A stretch of 64,000 nucleotides of DNA, taken from positions 1-64,000 of the forward strand of contig CAJWLU010000002.1 of the NCBI GenBank assembly GCA_913043225.1, written 5' to 3'. The position numbers and the translations under genes are program-made. Of the stretch, positions 51,022 through 60,943 are shown one piece after another. The notes under the pieces are model-generated. The model worked only from the letters and a program-made list of their open reading frames with translations, ran no database searches and was not told the origin of the DNA. Positions within the stretch are counted from its first letter, which is position 1; every line of letters begins with the position of its first letter. The stretch comes from an uncultured Acidobacteriota bacterium (lineage in GTDB: Bacteria > Acidobacteriota > Vicinamibacteria > Vicinamibacterales > UBA8438).

Positions 51022-52302
51022 CTATCGAAGCTCCAAATCGATCGACGCTTGGAGGGCCTTGACCGCCACCAGTTCGTCTGGTGCAGCTAGGGTTAGGGCG
51101 GAACCAGTCGCGTCCAGGCGCGCCGTGCGTCCGACCCGATGGATGTAGGTGTCTCGGTTCGGGGGCACTTCGAAGTTCACGACGTACTTGATACCGTCGA
51201 TATCGAGTCCGCGCGCGGCGACATCGGTGGCCACCAGCACCCGGTATCGACCGCTGCGGAATCCGCCGACCGCCGCGAGCCGCAGGCTCTGGGTCCGATC
51301 GGCATGGAGAGCCGTGGCCTTGATGCCGGCGCTCGATAGCGCTCGCGCGAGACGCTCGGTTCCCCGCTTGGTATTGACGAACACCAGCACTGAGCCGGAG
51401 GTCTTGCCCAGGAACCTGGTCAGCCAGGAGGTTTTCTTTGACGAGGGCATCCGTTCGACGGCGTGGGAGATACCATCGGCTGGCGCCCCACGGCGGCCGA
51501 GCTGAACGTAGGCCGGATCGTGGGCCAGCTCCTTGAGTGGTCGAAGCACGAAATCTGGAATCGTGGCCGAGAACAGGAGCGTCTGCCGTCCGGCGCCCTC
51601 ACCCTTCCGTCGTTCCGGCAGGTTCGACACGATCTTGCGGACATCCGGCCAAAAGCCCATGTCCAGCATCCGGTCGGCCTCGTCGAGGATGAGGGTGTCG
51701 AGCCGGTTGAAGCCGGGAATGCCTCCTCGAAGGTGGTCCAGCAGACGTCCGGGGGTGGCGACGACCACGTCGACTCCCGCGCTCAGCGCCTGGGCCTGAG
51801 GGCCGATCGGTGTTCCGCCGAAGACCGCGGCGCTGGTCAACCCGGTGTGGTACACGAAGCCCTGCAAGTCGTCTTCGATTTGTACGACCAACTCCCGGGT
51901 GGGAGCCAGCACCAAGATGCTGGTGCTGCGTTGGTCCGTTGCGGCCCCGGCCGACCGTCGCTTGAGCAGCTGGTCGAGTACGGGGAGCAGAAAAGCCCCC
52001 GTCTTGCCGCTGCCAGTCTCAGCGCTCGCAATCAGGTCCCGACCGCCGCTCACGATCGGGAAAACGGCGGCCTGGATCGGTGTTGCGGCGGTGAAGCCAC
52101 GGTCTGACACACCCATTGCCAACTCGGGGTGGAGTCCCAGCTTGTCGAACGGGATCGACTCGGCCTCGACGACCGCCGCCGGTAGCACCGGCTCAGCCGA
52201 AGGGGCAGCAAAGTCCTGCTGAGATCGTGCCGGCCGCCGGCCGTGGCGGCTCTGTGGGCGACGGCGCCTATGGGGCCGTGCGCGAGAAGAGTCTGAATCC
52301 AA
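51022..52302 (-). CDS. DEAD-box RNA helicase (RhlE-like)
   Basis: Q motif, TGSGKT, PTREL, DEAD, SAT, HRVGRTAR. Start uncertain (~52302). Confidence 0.93.
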   Translation of the reverse strand: MDSDSSRARPHRRRRPQSRHGRRPARSQQDFAAPSAEPVLPAAVVEAESIPFDKLGLHPELAMGVSDRGFTAATPIQAAVFPIVSGGRDLIASAETGSGKTGAFLLPVLDQLLKRRSAGAATDQRSTSILVLAPTRELVVQIEDDLQGFVYHTGLTSAAVFGGTPIGPQAQALSAGVDVVVATPGRLLDHLRGGIPGFNRLDTLILDEADRMLDMGFWPDVRKIVSNLPERRKGEGAGRQTLLFSATIPDFVLRPLKELAHDPAYVQLGRRGAPADGISHAVERMPSSKKTSWLTRFLGKTSGSVLVFVNTKRGTERLARALSSAGIKATALHADRTQSLRLAAVGGFRSGRYRVLVATDVAARGLDIDGIKYVVNFEVPPNRDTYIHRVGRTARLDATGSALTLAAPDELVAVKALQASIDLELR

Positions 52303-52310
52303 AATGTCGG

Positions 52311-52529
52311 TCAGCGGGCTCGGAAGGTAATGATGCCCCGCTCGGGGTCGTAGGGGGAGACGCCCACGGTAACCCGGTCGCCGGGCACGACCTTGATGCG
52401 GAAGCGGCGCATCCGCCCGCTCAGCTGGGCAAGCACTTCGTGGCCCGCGTCGCACTGTACCCGATACAGTCCGCCGCTGTGAACTGCCATGACGGTGCCT
52501 TGCACGTCAATTAGATCGTCCTTTGCCAA
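52311..52529 (-). CDS. infA: Translation initiation factor IF-1
   Basis: AKDDLIDVQGTV..SGRMRRFRIKVVPGDRV..SPYD..RG; TTG start. Confidence 0.93.
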   Translation of the reverse strand: MAKDDLIDVQGTVMAVHSGGLYRVQCDAGHEVLAQLSGRMRRFRIKVVPGDRVTVGVSPYDPERGIITFRAR

Positions 52530-52589
52530 AACAACTGCCTTTCTATTCAAGTCTGGCACATGGGCCAGATATTTGCCAACGAGGTGCGC

Positions 52590-55112
52590 TTAGAGGGCCT
52601 TCACGGCCTCTTCCAGCTCCGCGGCGAGTGCCACGACGTCAGAGCCAGAGGGCCTGATGTGGGGTCCGAACCGGACTTCGACGCGACCTGGAACGACCAT
52701 CCGCTGTCCCACGCCCCAGACGCGGTCGACCCCTCGCAACCGGACCGGTATGACTGGAACGTCGAGTCGACTGGCCAGCATCGCCGCGCCGGGCTGAAAG
52801 CGTTCCACCTCGCCGCCGCTGACCCGTCGGCCCTCCGGGAAGATGATTAGGGACCGCCCGGCGCCGACCAGCTCTCCCGCGTAGCGCAGTGCCTGTCGCG
52901 TACCAGCTTCGCGCTGCGGCAGCGGAAAGGCGTTAAAGAAGGTCGTGACGAGGTAGTAGTTGAGGCTGTTGGTACACTGCGCTCGCAGGCCGTGTCCTTC
53001 TGGATGGAAGTGAGGGGTGAAGAACTCCTTGGCCATCGCCGTGCTCACGTCGTGGCGTCGCGCTCGGGGGAGTGCTGCCAAGATCACGGCCGTATCCATG
53101 TAGCTCTGGTGATTGGCGGCAAAGACGATCGGCCCGTCGATGTCATCGAGATGCTCGCGCCCGTCGACGCGAAGCCAGGTGAACGCCCGAGTTAGCGGAA
53201 GCAGGAACAGGTTCTGGCTGACCCGTCGCACCAATCGAATACCACCAGACTGATTCCAGCGGGGCATTGCGAACGCCACCTCGGGAGCGGCCTGGCGGGG
53301 CTGGGAGGGGGCAGCGACGAGCGCTTCCAGGTCGGCGACCGTCGCCGCCTCCGAAACGACCCGCTCGTCCACACTGGTGTCGAGCTCGCTCTCCAGTACC
53401 ATCAGCAGCTCGACCCGCTCTAGTGACGTGAGCCCGAGCTCGTCTAGACGCGTGTCCCCGCCGACGGCGTTTCCGGACACCTGCTCGAGAATCGACGCCA
53501 CCGTGCGTTGGCCGCCGTCAGATTGCCGTGGCGCCGACGTCCGGGCCCCCTGCTTGGCCCACTTCTTCACGGAGCCCCGCTTCAGCTTCTGGGTGCCTTC
53601 GGTGCGCGGCAACCGTTCGTCAGGCCAGGCCAGCACCTCCCGCACCCGTTGGTGGTCGGCTAACTCCCTGTTGGCGCCCCGCGCGATCGCGTCTAGGTCG
53701 ACGCCTTCCTCGACAACCGCCACGGCGTGCACACGTTCCTCGCCGTCATGGGTCAACCCCACGACCGCAGACTCGATGACGCCCGGTAGCTGGTCGACCA
53801 CTCGCTCGACGTCCTCCGGAAAGACGTTCAGCCCCTCCGGAGTGACGATGACTTCTTTCTTGCGGCCGTGAACCTGCAGGCGCCCTTCCTCGTCGATGGC
53901 ACCCAGGTCGCCGGTGTGGAACCAGCCGTCCTCGAATGCGGCCGACGACACCGCTTCGTCGCCGTAGTAGCCCTTGGTGACGTTGTCGCCCTTGACCAGG
54001 ATCTCACCGTCGTCGGCGATCTTCACCTTTACGCCCGCGATCGGCGTGCCGACTGAGCCGCGTCGAGTCTTGAACGGGTGATTGAGCGTGACAATCGGGG
54101 CGGTTTCGGTCAGCCCGTACCCCTGCACTACGAGGAACCCCAGTCGCGCCCAGAAGGCTTCCAGTTCTGGATCAAGCGGCGCAGCGCCGACGATAAAGCA
54201 CCAGAACTTGAACCCGAAGAGGCGGTGGATGCGACGGTAGCGCCACCATCGTACTGCCACATGCGGATCGTCCGACGGCGGCTCGGCCACTTCGGGGGCC
54301 AGCCGGACGACGTGCTCGCGGAGTACGTCGAGGATCTTTGGCACGCACACGAGGACCGAGATCCGCCGGTCGTGGATCTGCTGCACGATGGCGGCGGGGC
54401 TGTACCCCTTCATGAACACACATACCCCGGGCAGCATCGGCGGGATGAAGGTGGCCATGGCCTGTCCGAACATGTGGCTGAGTGGCAGCAGGTTCAGGAA
54501 CCTAAGTGGGTAGAAGGGGGTGCCGTACTTCCGGTACTTCAGTACCTCCCGTTCGACCGGCACGATGTTGGCCAGCACGTTCCGGTGGGTGATCATTACG
54601 CCCTTGGGTTCGGACGTTGCCCCAGAGGTAAAGATGATCTCGGCGACGTCGTCGCCGGTTACTGCGCGTGATGGACGGGGCGCAGGCGCGCCTTCGTGAT
54701 TGGCACCTAGTTCCGCCAGCCGCCAGACCGGAAGATTGATCGACGGGTCTGGAGTGACCTCGTCGCCCGCCAGCAGTAGCTTGGCGCCGACCAGAGCGGC
54801 GACCTGGTGGAGGAACGCGCCGGAGGTGCGGTAGTCGATCGGTACGACCAGCACGCCGGCCAGGAGGCACCCCCAGAAGGCGATGATCCACTCGGGGCGG
54901 TTCTCACCCCAGACGATCACCTTGTCACCAGAGGTGACACCTTCGGCGGCGAGGCGCGCTGCGACGTGTTCGGCCGCCCGTCGGACATCCCGATAGCTGA
55001 AGTGGCGGACCCGATAGCCGTCGTCGTGGACGAAGAACTCGTCGTCGGTCGACAGCCGCTCGTCGAAGAAGTCGAGCAGAGTGTCCCGCGTCATGGGGGA
55101 AGTGTCGTTCAC
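52590..55112 (-). CDS. Acyl-CoA/ACP synthetase + ACP + acyltransferase fusion (Aas-like)
   Basis: FTSGATSEPKG, GYGLTE, TGDLG; carrier LGLTSL; NHQSYMD, FPEG. Confidence 0.9.
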   Translation of the reverse strand: MNDTSPMTRDTLLDFFDERLSTDDEFFVHDDGYRVRHFSYRDVRRAAEHVAARLAAEGVTSGDKVIVWGENRPEWIIAFWGCLLAGVLVVPIDYRTSGAFLHQVAALVGAKLLLAGDEVTPDPSINLPVWRLAELGANHEGAPAPRPSRAVTGDDVAEIIFTSGATSEPKGVMITHRNVLANIVPVEREVLKYRKYGTPFYPLRFLNLLPLSHMFGQAMATFIPPMLPGVCVFMKGYSPAAIVQQIHDRRISVLVCVPKILDVLREHVVRLAPEVAEPPSDDPHVAVRWWRYRRIHRLFGFKFWCFIVGAAPLDPELEAFWARLGFLVVQGYGLTETAPIVTLNHPFKTRRGSVGTPIAGVKVKIADDGEILVKGDNVTKGYYGDEAVSSAAFEDGWFHTGDLGAIDEEGRLQVHGRKKEVIVTPEGLNVFPEDVERVVDQLPGVIESAVVGLTHDGEERVHAVAVVEEGVDLDAIARGANRELADHQRVREVLAWPDERLPRTEGTQKLKRGSVKKWAKQGARTSAPRQSDGGQRTVASILEQVSGNAVGGDTRLDELGLTSLERVELLMVLESELDTSVDERVVSEAATVADLEALVAAPSQPRQAAPEVAFAMPRWNQSGGIRLVRRVSQNLFLLPLTRAFTWLRVDGREHLDDIDGPIVFAANHQSYMDTAVILAALPRARRHDVSTAMAKEFFTPHFHPEGHGLRAQCTNSLNYYLVTTFFNAFPLPQREAGTRQALRYAGELVGAGRSLIIFPEGRRVSGGEVERFQPGAAMLASRLDVPVIPVRLRGVDRVWGVGQRMVVPGRVEVRFGPHIRPSGSDVVALAAELEEAVKAL

Positions 55113-55117
55113 GCCCG

Positions 55118-55777
55118 TCAGCGGAAGGAGGCGCCGACGCTGAAGGCGTAGCGGTTCATGCGTGGAGAGCCAGGTTGTGGGCCCATCTGTTCGATGGCGT
55201 TGATGGCGAACACGCGCAAGTCCACCGTGAAGGCGAGTCGCGGGCTTACGAACCAGCGGGCGCCGCCGCCGTAGTTGATCGTCTTCGAGCTCGGGTAGTT
55301 GGGCCGAGTGCCTTCGTCACGGTAGATGGTGAGACGCGAAGTGCCGAGGCCGCCACTCAGGTAGCTCCACCCGTTTCGATGACCAAAATTGAGGGAGAGC
55401 AGAGGCGAAACAGCCACGAAGCGGCTCACCACCGGAGGCAGGTCCGGATCCGGTTCATCTTCGGTGGGGTGTCGCCGGGCTTCCGTGTAGTGCAGCGTGG
55501 CTCCGACTCCGAAGGTCACGGGACCCAGCGACAGCGGATAGACGTGCCCGCCCAGATCAAAGCCGACCCATCCCCAGTTCGGCATTTGCGCCGGTCCCAG
55601 AAAGCGCTGCGACGCCACCTCGGCGTCCTGGCCCAGATTGATGATCGACCCCCGGGCGTCGAACACGTACCCGCTGATCGGTCCGGGGTCCTGACCTGAG
55701 GCAGGTTCGGGTGCCAGCAGGCCGACAAGGAGCAGGCTCTGCAGGAGACGAGGCGCGGGGAGGCCGGACGGACACAC
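55118..55777 (-). CDS. Putative outer-membrane beta-barrel protein
   Basis: Signal peptide; NYGGGARWF; C-terminal YAFSVGASFR. Confidence 0.7.
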   Translation of the reverse strand: MCPSGLPAPRLLQSLLLVGLLAPEPASGQDPGPISGYVFDARGSIINLGQDAEVASQRFLGPAQMPNWGWVGFDLGGHVYPLSLGPVTFGVGATLHYTEARRHPTEDEPDPDLPPVVSRFVAVSPLLSLNFGHRNGWSYLSGGLGTSRLTIYRDEGTRPNYPSSKTINYGGGARWFVSPRLAFTVDLRVFAINAIEQMGPQPGSPRMNRYAFSVGASFR

Positions 55778-55833
55778 GGCGCCTAGTATACCGAGGCGCT
55801 AGGACCGACGGACGACCTCGTTATACTCGCGCA

Positions 55834-56784
55834 ATGCCTGCACTCGTGTCGTCTGCCGCCATTGCCGCCGCCGCTGCCCGGATCGAGGGGGTTGCTCGCC
55901 ACACTCCCCTCGTCGAACTGCCCGTCGAGGTCGGTGGGCCGGTCTACGCTAAATGTGAGAACCTGCAGGCTGGCGGCGCCTTCAAGATTCGTGGCGCGTA
56001 CAACTTCATCGCCCGGCTAGATGGGGCAGTGGCCGGCCCGGGCGTCATCACCTATTCGTCGGGGAATCACGCTCAGGCGGTCGCGCTGGCCGCCCGTCGT
56101 CGAGGATTGGCGGCCGTGGTGGTGATGCCGACGACGGCGCCCGCGGTCAAGGTGGAGGGGGCCAGGCGACTGGGGGCCGAGGTGCACTTCGAAGGGACCA
56201 CGTCGATCGATCGAAAACGGCGTGCCGAGGCGCTGGCCGAGGAGCGCGGTTATACTATGGTTCCGCCCTTCGACCATCCCGACATCGTGGCGGGGCAGGG
56301 CACGGTAGGCCTGGAGATTTTGAAGGACTGTCCCGAATTCTCCCGGGTGCTGGTGCCGGTCGGCGGCGGCGGACTGGTGGCCGGTATAGCGACCGCGGTG
56401 AAGTCGGTGCGACCCGATGTCACGGTGGTCGGCGTCGAGCCCTCAGGTGCCCCGAAGATGTCAGAGTCGCTCGCTGTGGGTCACCCGGTTACGCTCGACC
56501 AAGTGTCGAGTATCGCCGATGGATTGATTCCGGTCAGGCCGGGTTACCTGACCTTCGCGCACGTACGTCGCTACGTCGATGAAGTCGTCACGGTCGACGA
56601 CGCCTCCATTGCCGCCGCGACGCGCTGGTACGCGGATCGCGCGAAGCTGGTCGTCGAGACCAGCGGAGCGGTAACGCTCGCCGCGCTGCAGTCGGGCGCC
56701 GTGCCAACTGGCGACGGGGTGACCGTGGCGGTCGTGAGCGGTGGCAACGTGTCGCTCGACACGCTCCACTCTCTACCCGACTAG
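55834..56784 (+). CDS. Threonine/serine dehydratase (PLP, catabolic type)
   Basis: KCENLQ..FKIRGA, SSGNHAQ, PVGGGGL, SGGN. Confidence 0.92.
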   Translation: MPALVSSAAIAAAAARIEGVARHTPLVELPVEVGGPVYAKCENLQAGGAFKIRGAYNFIARLDGAVAGPGVITYSSGNHAQAVALAARRRGLAAVVVMPTTAPAVKVEGARRLGAEVHFEGTTSIDRKRRAEALAEERGYTMVPPFDHPDIVAGQGTVGLEILKDCPEFSRVLVPVGGGGLVAGIATAVKSVRPDVTVVGVEPSGAPKMSESLAVGHPVTLDQVSSIADGLIPVRPGYLTFAHVRRYVDEVVTVDDASIAAATRWYADRAKLVVETSGAVTLAALQSGAVPTGDGVTVAVVSGGNVSLDTLHSLPD

Positions 56785-58151
56785 GAGGGCGGATCGCGGC
56801 CGATGAGCGCGCGCGCGGCTGTCAGGGCCTCGTCTGTGGTACTGACCGCTCCGTCCAACTGCTGTTCGTACACCGCCTTGAGAATCCGACCGATCCCGGG
56901 CCCCGGTGAGAGCCCCTCGGCTAGCAGGTGACGCCCCAGAAGCAGTGGTGCCGGCGGTTCGTGCTCCACACCGAGGGTGCGGGCGCGTTCCAGGAACCAG
57001 TCCATCGCCGAGCAGTCGAACTCTCCGGTCCGCCCCAGGCAATCTGACTTGGCCAGCCGGGCCAGTAGTTCGAGGTCCACCTTCCTGGCGAGTCGGCGGA
57101 ACGCCCCGTCACCCACCGGGCTGGCGCTCTTGTGCCACATGCCCGGCTTGAGGTGCTGGGCGACCAGCCCGATCACTTGAGCCCTTACGTCGTAGCTCTG
57201 CAGGGTGTAGACGTTCAGTCGGTCGAGCAGCGCGAGGGTGGGAGCAACACCGGCTTCCTCGTGATTGCGCGATCGGATGCGTCCGTCGATGAAGGCGGTG
57301 GTGGCCGGTTTTCCCAGGTCATGACAGACCGCGCCAAGCATCATCGTGAGCTGCTTCGGTCCTTCGAGGTCGTCGATTCGGGTGCGCGCCTGATCGATAA
57401 CCATCAGGGTGTGGACCCACACGTCACCTTCGGGGTGCCACTCGGGCTCCTGTGCACACCCGACCAGGGCCTGCAACTCGGGGAACAGTCGGCCGACGAC
57501 GCCGAGGTCGAGGGCGAGAGCGAACCCGACGGACGGTCGTGGCGCATAGAGCAGTTTCTCGATCTCGCCCCAGATCCGCTCTGCCGGGAGGTCGTCAAGC
57601 GGGATCGTCCGGCACAGCGCCGCGCCCTCGGGGTCGAGGGTCAGGTCGAAGCGGGCCGCGAACTGGACCGCCCTGAGAACTCGAAGACTGTCATCTCCGA
57701 ACGTCTCGGCGTCGACTACTCGGAGACACCGGCGGTCGAGATCGGCGCGACCATTCCACGGGTCGTGATACTCGTCGGCTAGCGGGTCCCAGCCAATGGC
57801 GTTCACGGTGAAGTCGCGCCGGCGGGCGGCCTCGCGTAAGGCCAGACCGGGGTCGCCGGTTACGGTGAAGCCGCGGTGTCCGCGCCCGCTCTTGGACTCG
57901 CGGCGTGGCAGGGCCACGTCGACTCCGCCCACCTTGTACACCGTGAAGCTCTCGCCGACGGCGTTGACGGTGCCGAGCTCGCCGAGCAGTGCCTTTAGCC
58001 GGTCGGCCGGCAGGCCATACACCTCGACATCGACGTCTTTCGAGGGTCGGCCCAGCAGCCGGTCGCGCACCCATCCTCCGACAAACAGCGCCCGGCCGCC
58101 GGCATCCCGTGCTCGCTCGGCGACTGCGGTGGCGAGCTCGAACTTCGTCAT
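56781..58151 (-). CDS. cca: CCA tRNA nucleotidyltransferase with HD domain
   Basis: [38 protein letters not shown]. Confidence 0.9.
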   Translation of the reverse strand: MTKFELATAVAERARDAGGRALFVGGWVRDRLLGRPSKDVDVEVYGLPADRLKALLGELGTVNAVGESFTVYKVGGVDVALPRRESKSGRGHRGFTVTGDPGLALREAARRRDFTVNAIGWDPLADEYHDPWNGRADLDRRCLRVVDAETFGDDSLRVLRAVQFAARFDLTLDPEGAALCRTIPLDDLPAERIWGEIEKLLYAPRPSVGFALALDLGVVGRLFPELQALVGCAQEPEWHPEGDVWVHTLMVIDQARTRIDDLEGPKQLTMMLGAVCHDLGKPATTAFIDGRIRSRNHEEAGVAPTLALLDRLNVYTLQSYDVRAQVIGLVAQHLKPGMWHKSASPVGDGAFRRLARKVDLELLARLAKSDCLGRTGEFDCSAMDWFLERARTLGVEHEPPAPLLLGRHLLAEGLSPGPGIGRILKAVYEQQLDGAVSTTDEALTAARALIGRDPPS

Positions 58152-58825
58152 CAGCGGGCCAGTCGGAAGCCGTAGTCGGTGTAGCGGAAGGTCGGGTCGA
58201 GGCTGCTCCGGGCGGCAGTCCGGTTGATCGTGAGCGCATGCCGCCAGGCGCCGCCGCGCGAGGCACGGCGGCGTCCCTCGGCTGGTCCTACCGGATTCAC
58301 TTCCGGCGCGTGGGCGTAGAAGCCGGCTTCGTGCCAGTTGGCGCACCACTCGTGGATGTTGCCCGAGATCCCCTTCAAGCCGAATCTGGTAGCGGGCCCG
58401 AGCGAGACCGGCCAGGGGCCGTCCAGTGGGCCGGTTCCCCCGTTCGGTATCCAGGACGGGATCTCGCCACCCCAGGGATAGCGCTCGCCGTCTCGCCCTC
58501 CACGCGCGGCTCGTTCCCATTCGGCTTCGGTTGGTAACCGCACGCGGCCACCGTCCTGGTTCCGCCACCGGCAGTAGGCCTGCGCATCGTCCCAGCTCAC
58601 CCCGACCACGGGCAGATCTCGTCCTCCGAATGCCGGGTTGTCCCATTCTCTGGCCGGCGTGTATCCCGTCTCATCGAGGAAGCGTTCGTAGTCGCCACGT
58701 GTGACCGGGTGGATCGCCAGTTCGAACGCGTCCACCCACACCCTGTGCACCGGTTGCTCACCCGCCTGGCCCTCGGTGCTCCCCATGCGGAACCATCCGC
58801 GACGGATGCTCACGAACTCGGACAT
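58151..58825 (-). CDS. FGE/SUMF1-fold domain protein
   Basis: [38 protein letters not shown]. Confidence 0.9.
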   Translation of the reverse strand: MSEFVSIRRGWFRMGSTEGQAGEQPVHRVWVDAFELAIHPVTRGDYERFLDETGYTPAREWDNPAFGGRDLPVVGVSWDDAQAYCRWRNQDGGRVRLPTEAEWERAARGGRDGERYPWGGEIPSWIPNGGTGPLDGPWPVSLGPATRFGLKGISGNIHEWCANWHEAGFYAHAPEVNPVGPAEGRRRASRGGAWRHALTINRTAARSSLDPTFRYTDYGFRLAR

Positions 58826-58980
58826 TGCCCCGAGATCATGGCATGAATCAGCGTGCGCTTGGGGGGCACCATCACGTCCAGGCGGGCCGGAAAGAACTGG
58901 TATCATTAAGATTCTGAAGATTCTGGCTCGATGTGACGAAGGGTCGTCCAGTAGCTGGGCCGATCGCGCCCGTTTCGTGC

Positions 58981-59904
58981 ATGCGTATCCGACGAGTGAG
59001 GGTTCGATTCTCGGTCCCCGTCCTCATCCTGCTGGCCGGGTTGGCCAGCGGCTGTTCGCTGCGGTCCATGGCGGTCAACGCCATCGTGCCAACCCTGGCG
59101 AATCCGGACGTGTATCGCTCCGAGGAAGATCCGGAGCTCGTTCGGGAGTCGCTGCCGTTCCTTCTCAAGACTATCGAGTCGATTCTCGACGCGGAGCCGA
59201 AGCAGGAGGAGGCACTGGTGTTTGCCTGCACCGGATTCACGCTATATGGAAACGCGTTTCTCCAGGTGGACGCGGAGCTGGCGGAGTGGGAGGGTGACTA
59301 TGCACGGTCGGCTCTGATTCGCGAACGCACTTGGAGGATCTACGTCCGCGCGCGTGACTACTGTTTGCGCGGGCTCGAGCTACGCTATCCGGGGTTCGGG
59401 GACCGGCTTCGGGACGATGCGGCCTCCGCGGTTATGGCCACAGGGGCCGAGGATGTGGAGCTGCTCTATCTGCTGAGCGGCGCCTGGGGGCTGGCGATCT
59501 CGAACGCGCTCGACCAGCCGGCGCTTGTTGCCGATCTGCCAGTCGTGCGCACCCTACTGGAGTGGGCGCTTGAGCTTGACGAGGGTTATGAACGCGGTGC
59601 GCTCCACTCGGCCATGATCGTGCTTGAGTCGCTGCCGGTCGAGCTTGGTGGATCGCCTGAGCGGGCCCGCACGCACTTCGAGCGTGCGGTCGAGCTCAGC
59701 CATGGTCTCGACGCCGGACCGTATGTAACGCTGGCCGCCGGGGTCGCGGTGGCCCAAGAGAATCGCGCCGAGTTCGAGGAGTTATTGACGGCGGCGCTGG
59801 TGATCGATCCGAACGAGGATACGAGCCTGCGGCTGCTCAATCTGATCAATCAGCAGCGGGCGGAGACGCTGCTCGAGTACGTTGACGATCTGTTCTTCGA
59901 GTGA
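58981..59904 (+). CDS. TRAP transporter TatT component (lipoprotein)
   Basis: Lipobox LASGC; DPELVRESLP; GGSPERARTHFERA; precedes dctP. Confidence 0.85.
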   Translation: MRIRRVRVRFSVPVLILLAGLASGCSLRSMAVNAIVPTLANPDVYRSEEDPELVRESLPFLLKTIESILDAEPKQEEALVFACTGFTLYGNAFLQVDAELAEWEGDYARSALIRERTWRIYVRARDYCLRGLELRYPGFGDRLRDDAASAVMATGAEDVELLYLLSGAWGLAISNALDQPALVADLPVVRTLLEWALELDEGYERGALHSAMIVLESLPVELGGSPERARTHFERAVELSHGLDAGPYVTLAAGVAVAQENRAEFEELLTAALVIDPNEDTSLRLLNLINQQRAETLLEYVDDLFFE

Positions 59905-59925
59905 GCGACGGAGAGGACTCTGGTC

Positions 59926-60915
59926 ATGAAATCGCGGTTCACGATCATCGTCGTGGCGCTGTTGCTGGCGCCGATCGTGCTGTTAGGTCAGCGAGCCACA
60001 CGCATTCAGCTTGGCTCCATCCTCCCGGCCAACTCGGTCTGGGACAAGCTGCTGAAGGAGATGGCGGTCGAATGGAACGAAGAGACTGACGGCCGTATCT
60101 CGCTCCGTGTGCAGTCGGGCGCGAGCGATGAGGGGACGCTCGCGCGTCGCTTGCGTGCCGGCCGCCCGCAGGCGGCCGTGTTCGGTTTGCCTGGTGACAT
60201 TCACGATGCCTTTGGCGTGCTCAGCATCCCGTTCTTCTTCGAGTCCGATGCCGAAGCGTTTCATGTCGTGGAGAAGCTGACACCGACCTTTGAGCAGATC
60301 CTGGCTGACGAGGGGCTGGTGCTGCTCAACTGGGGCCATGCCGGCTGGGCGCATTTCTTTACGGAGCAGCGGGTCGAGTCGCTGGACGAGTTGAAGGCCA
60401 CTAAGGTGTTCACCGCGGCGGGCGACGAGAGGATGCTGCAGTGGTACAAGGAGAATGGCTTCGATCCGGAGCCGCTCGCGGTGACCGACGTGCTTCTCGG
60501 TCTGAACACCGGGCTCATCAACGCTCATCCGAGTCCGCCTTACGTCGCGCTGCTCTTCCAGTGGTACGACAGGACGCCATTCATGCTCGATGTGCCGTTG
60601 GCCCCCGTAATCGGCATCACCGTGGTGGCCGAGCGAACCTGGCGGCGGATCAGCGCGGAAGACCAGCAGATTCTTCAGGCGGCGGCCAAGCGTCTCGAGG
60701 AGCGGCTGCTTGCCGACGTGCCGCAGCAGGAGCAGGAATCGATTGAGCAGATGAAGAGCCGGGGCCTTACGGTGGTGGAACTCGACGACGCGTCGAAGGC
60801 ATCGTTCCGCGAGGTCGCGGACCAGATGACCGCGTCGTGGCGGGGCACAATGATTCCTGCCGACATCTACGACTTGGCGGTGCGCGAGCGCGACGCGTTC
60901 CGTGCGTCTCGCTGA
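59926..60915 (+). CDS. dctP: TRAP substrate-binding protein DctP/TatP
   Basis: GSILPANSVW..ETDGRISL, IPFFF; operon context. Confidence 0.88.
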   Translation: MKSRFTIIVVALLLAPIVLLGQRATRIQLGSILPANSVWDKLLKEMAVEWNEETDGRISLRVQSGASDEGTLARRLRAGRPQAAVFGLPGDIHDAFGVLSIPFFFESDAEAFHVVEKLTPTFEQILADEGLVLLNWGHAGWAHFFTEQRVESLDELKATKVFTAAGDERMLQWYKENGFDPEPLAVTDVLLGLNTGLINAHPSPPYVALLFQWYDRTPFMLDVPLAPVIGITVVAERTWRRISAEDQQILQAAAKRLEERLLADVPQQEQESIEQMKSRGLTVVELDDASKASFREVADQMTASWRGTMIPADIYDLAVRERDAFRASR

Positions 60916-60943
60916 GCCGCGTCGCCGCGGCGCGTTGTCGACC

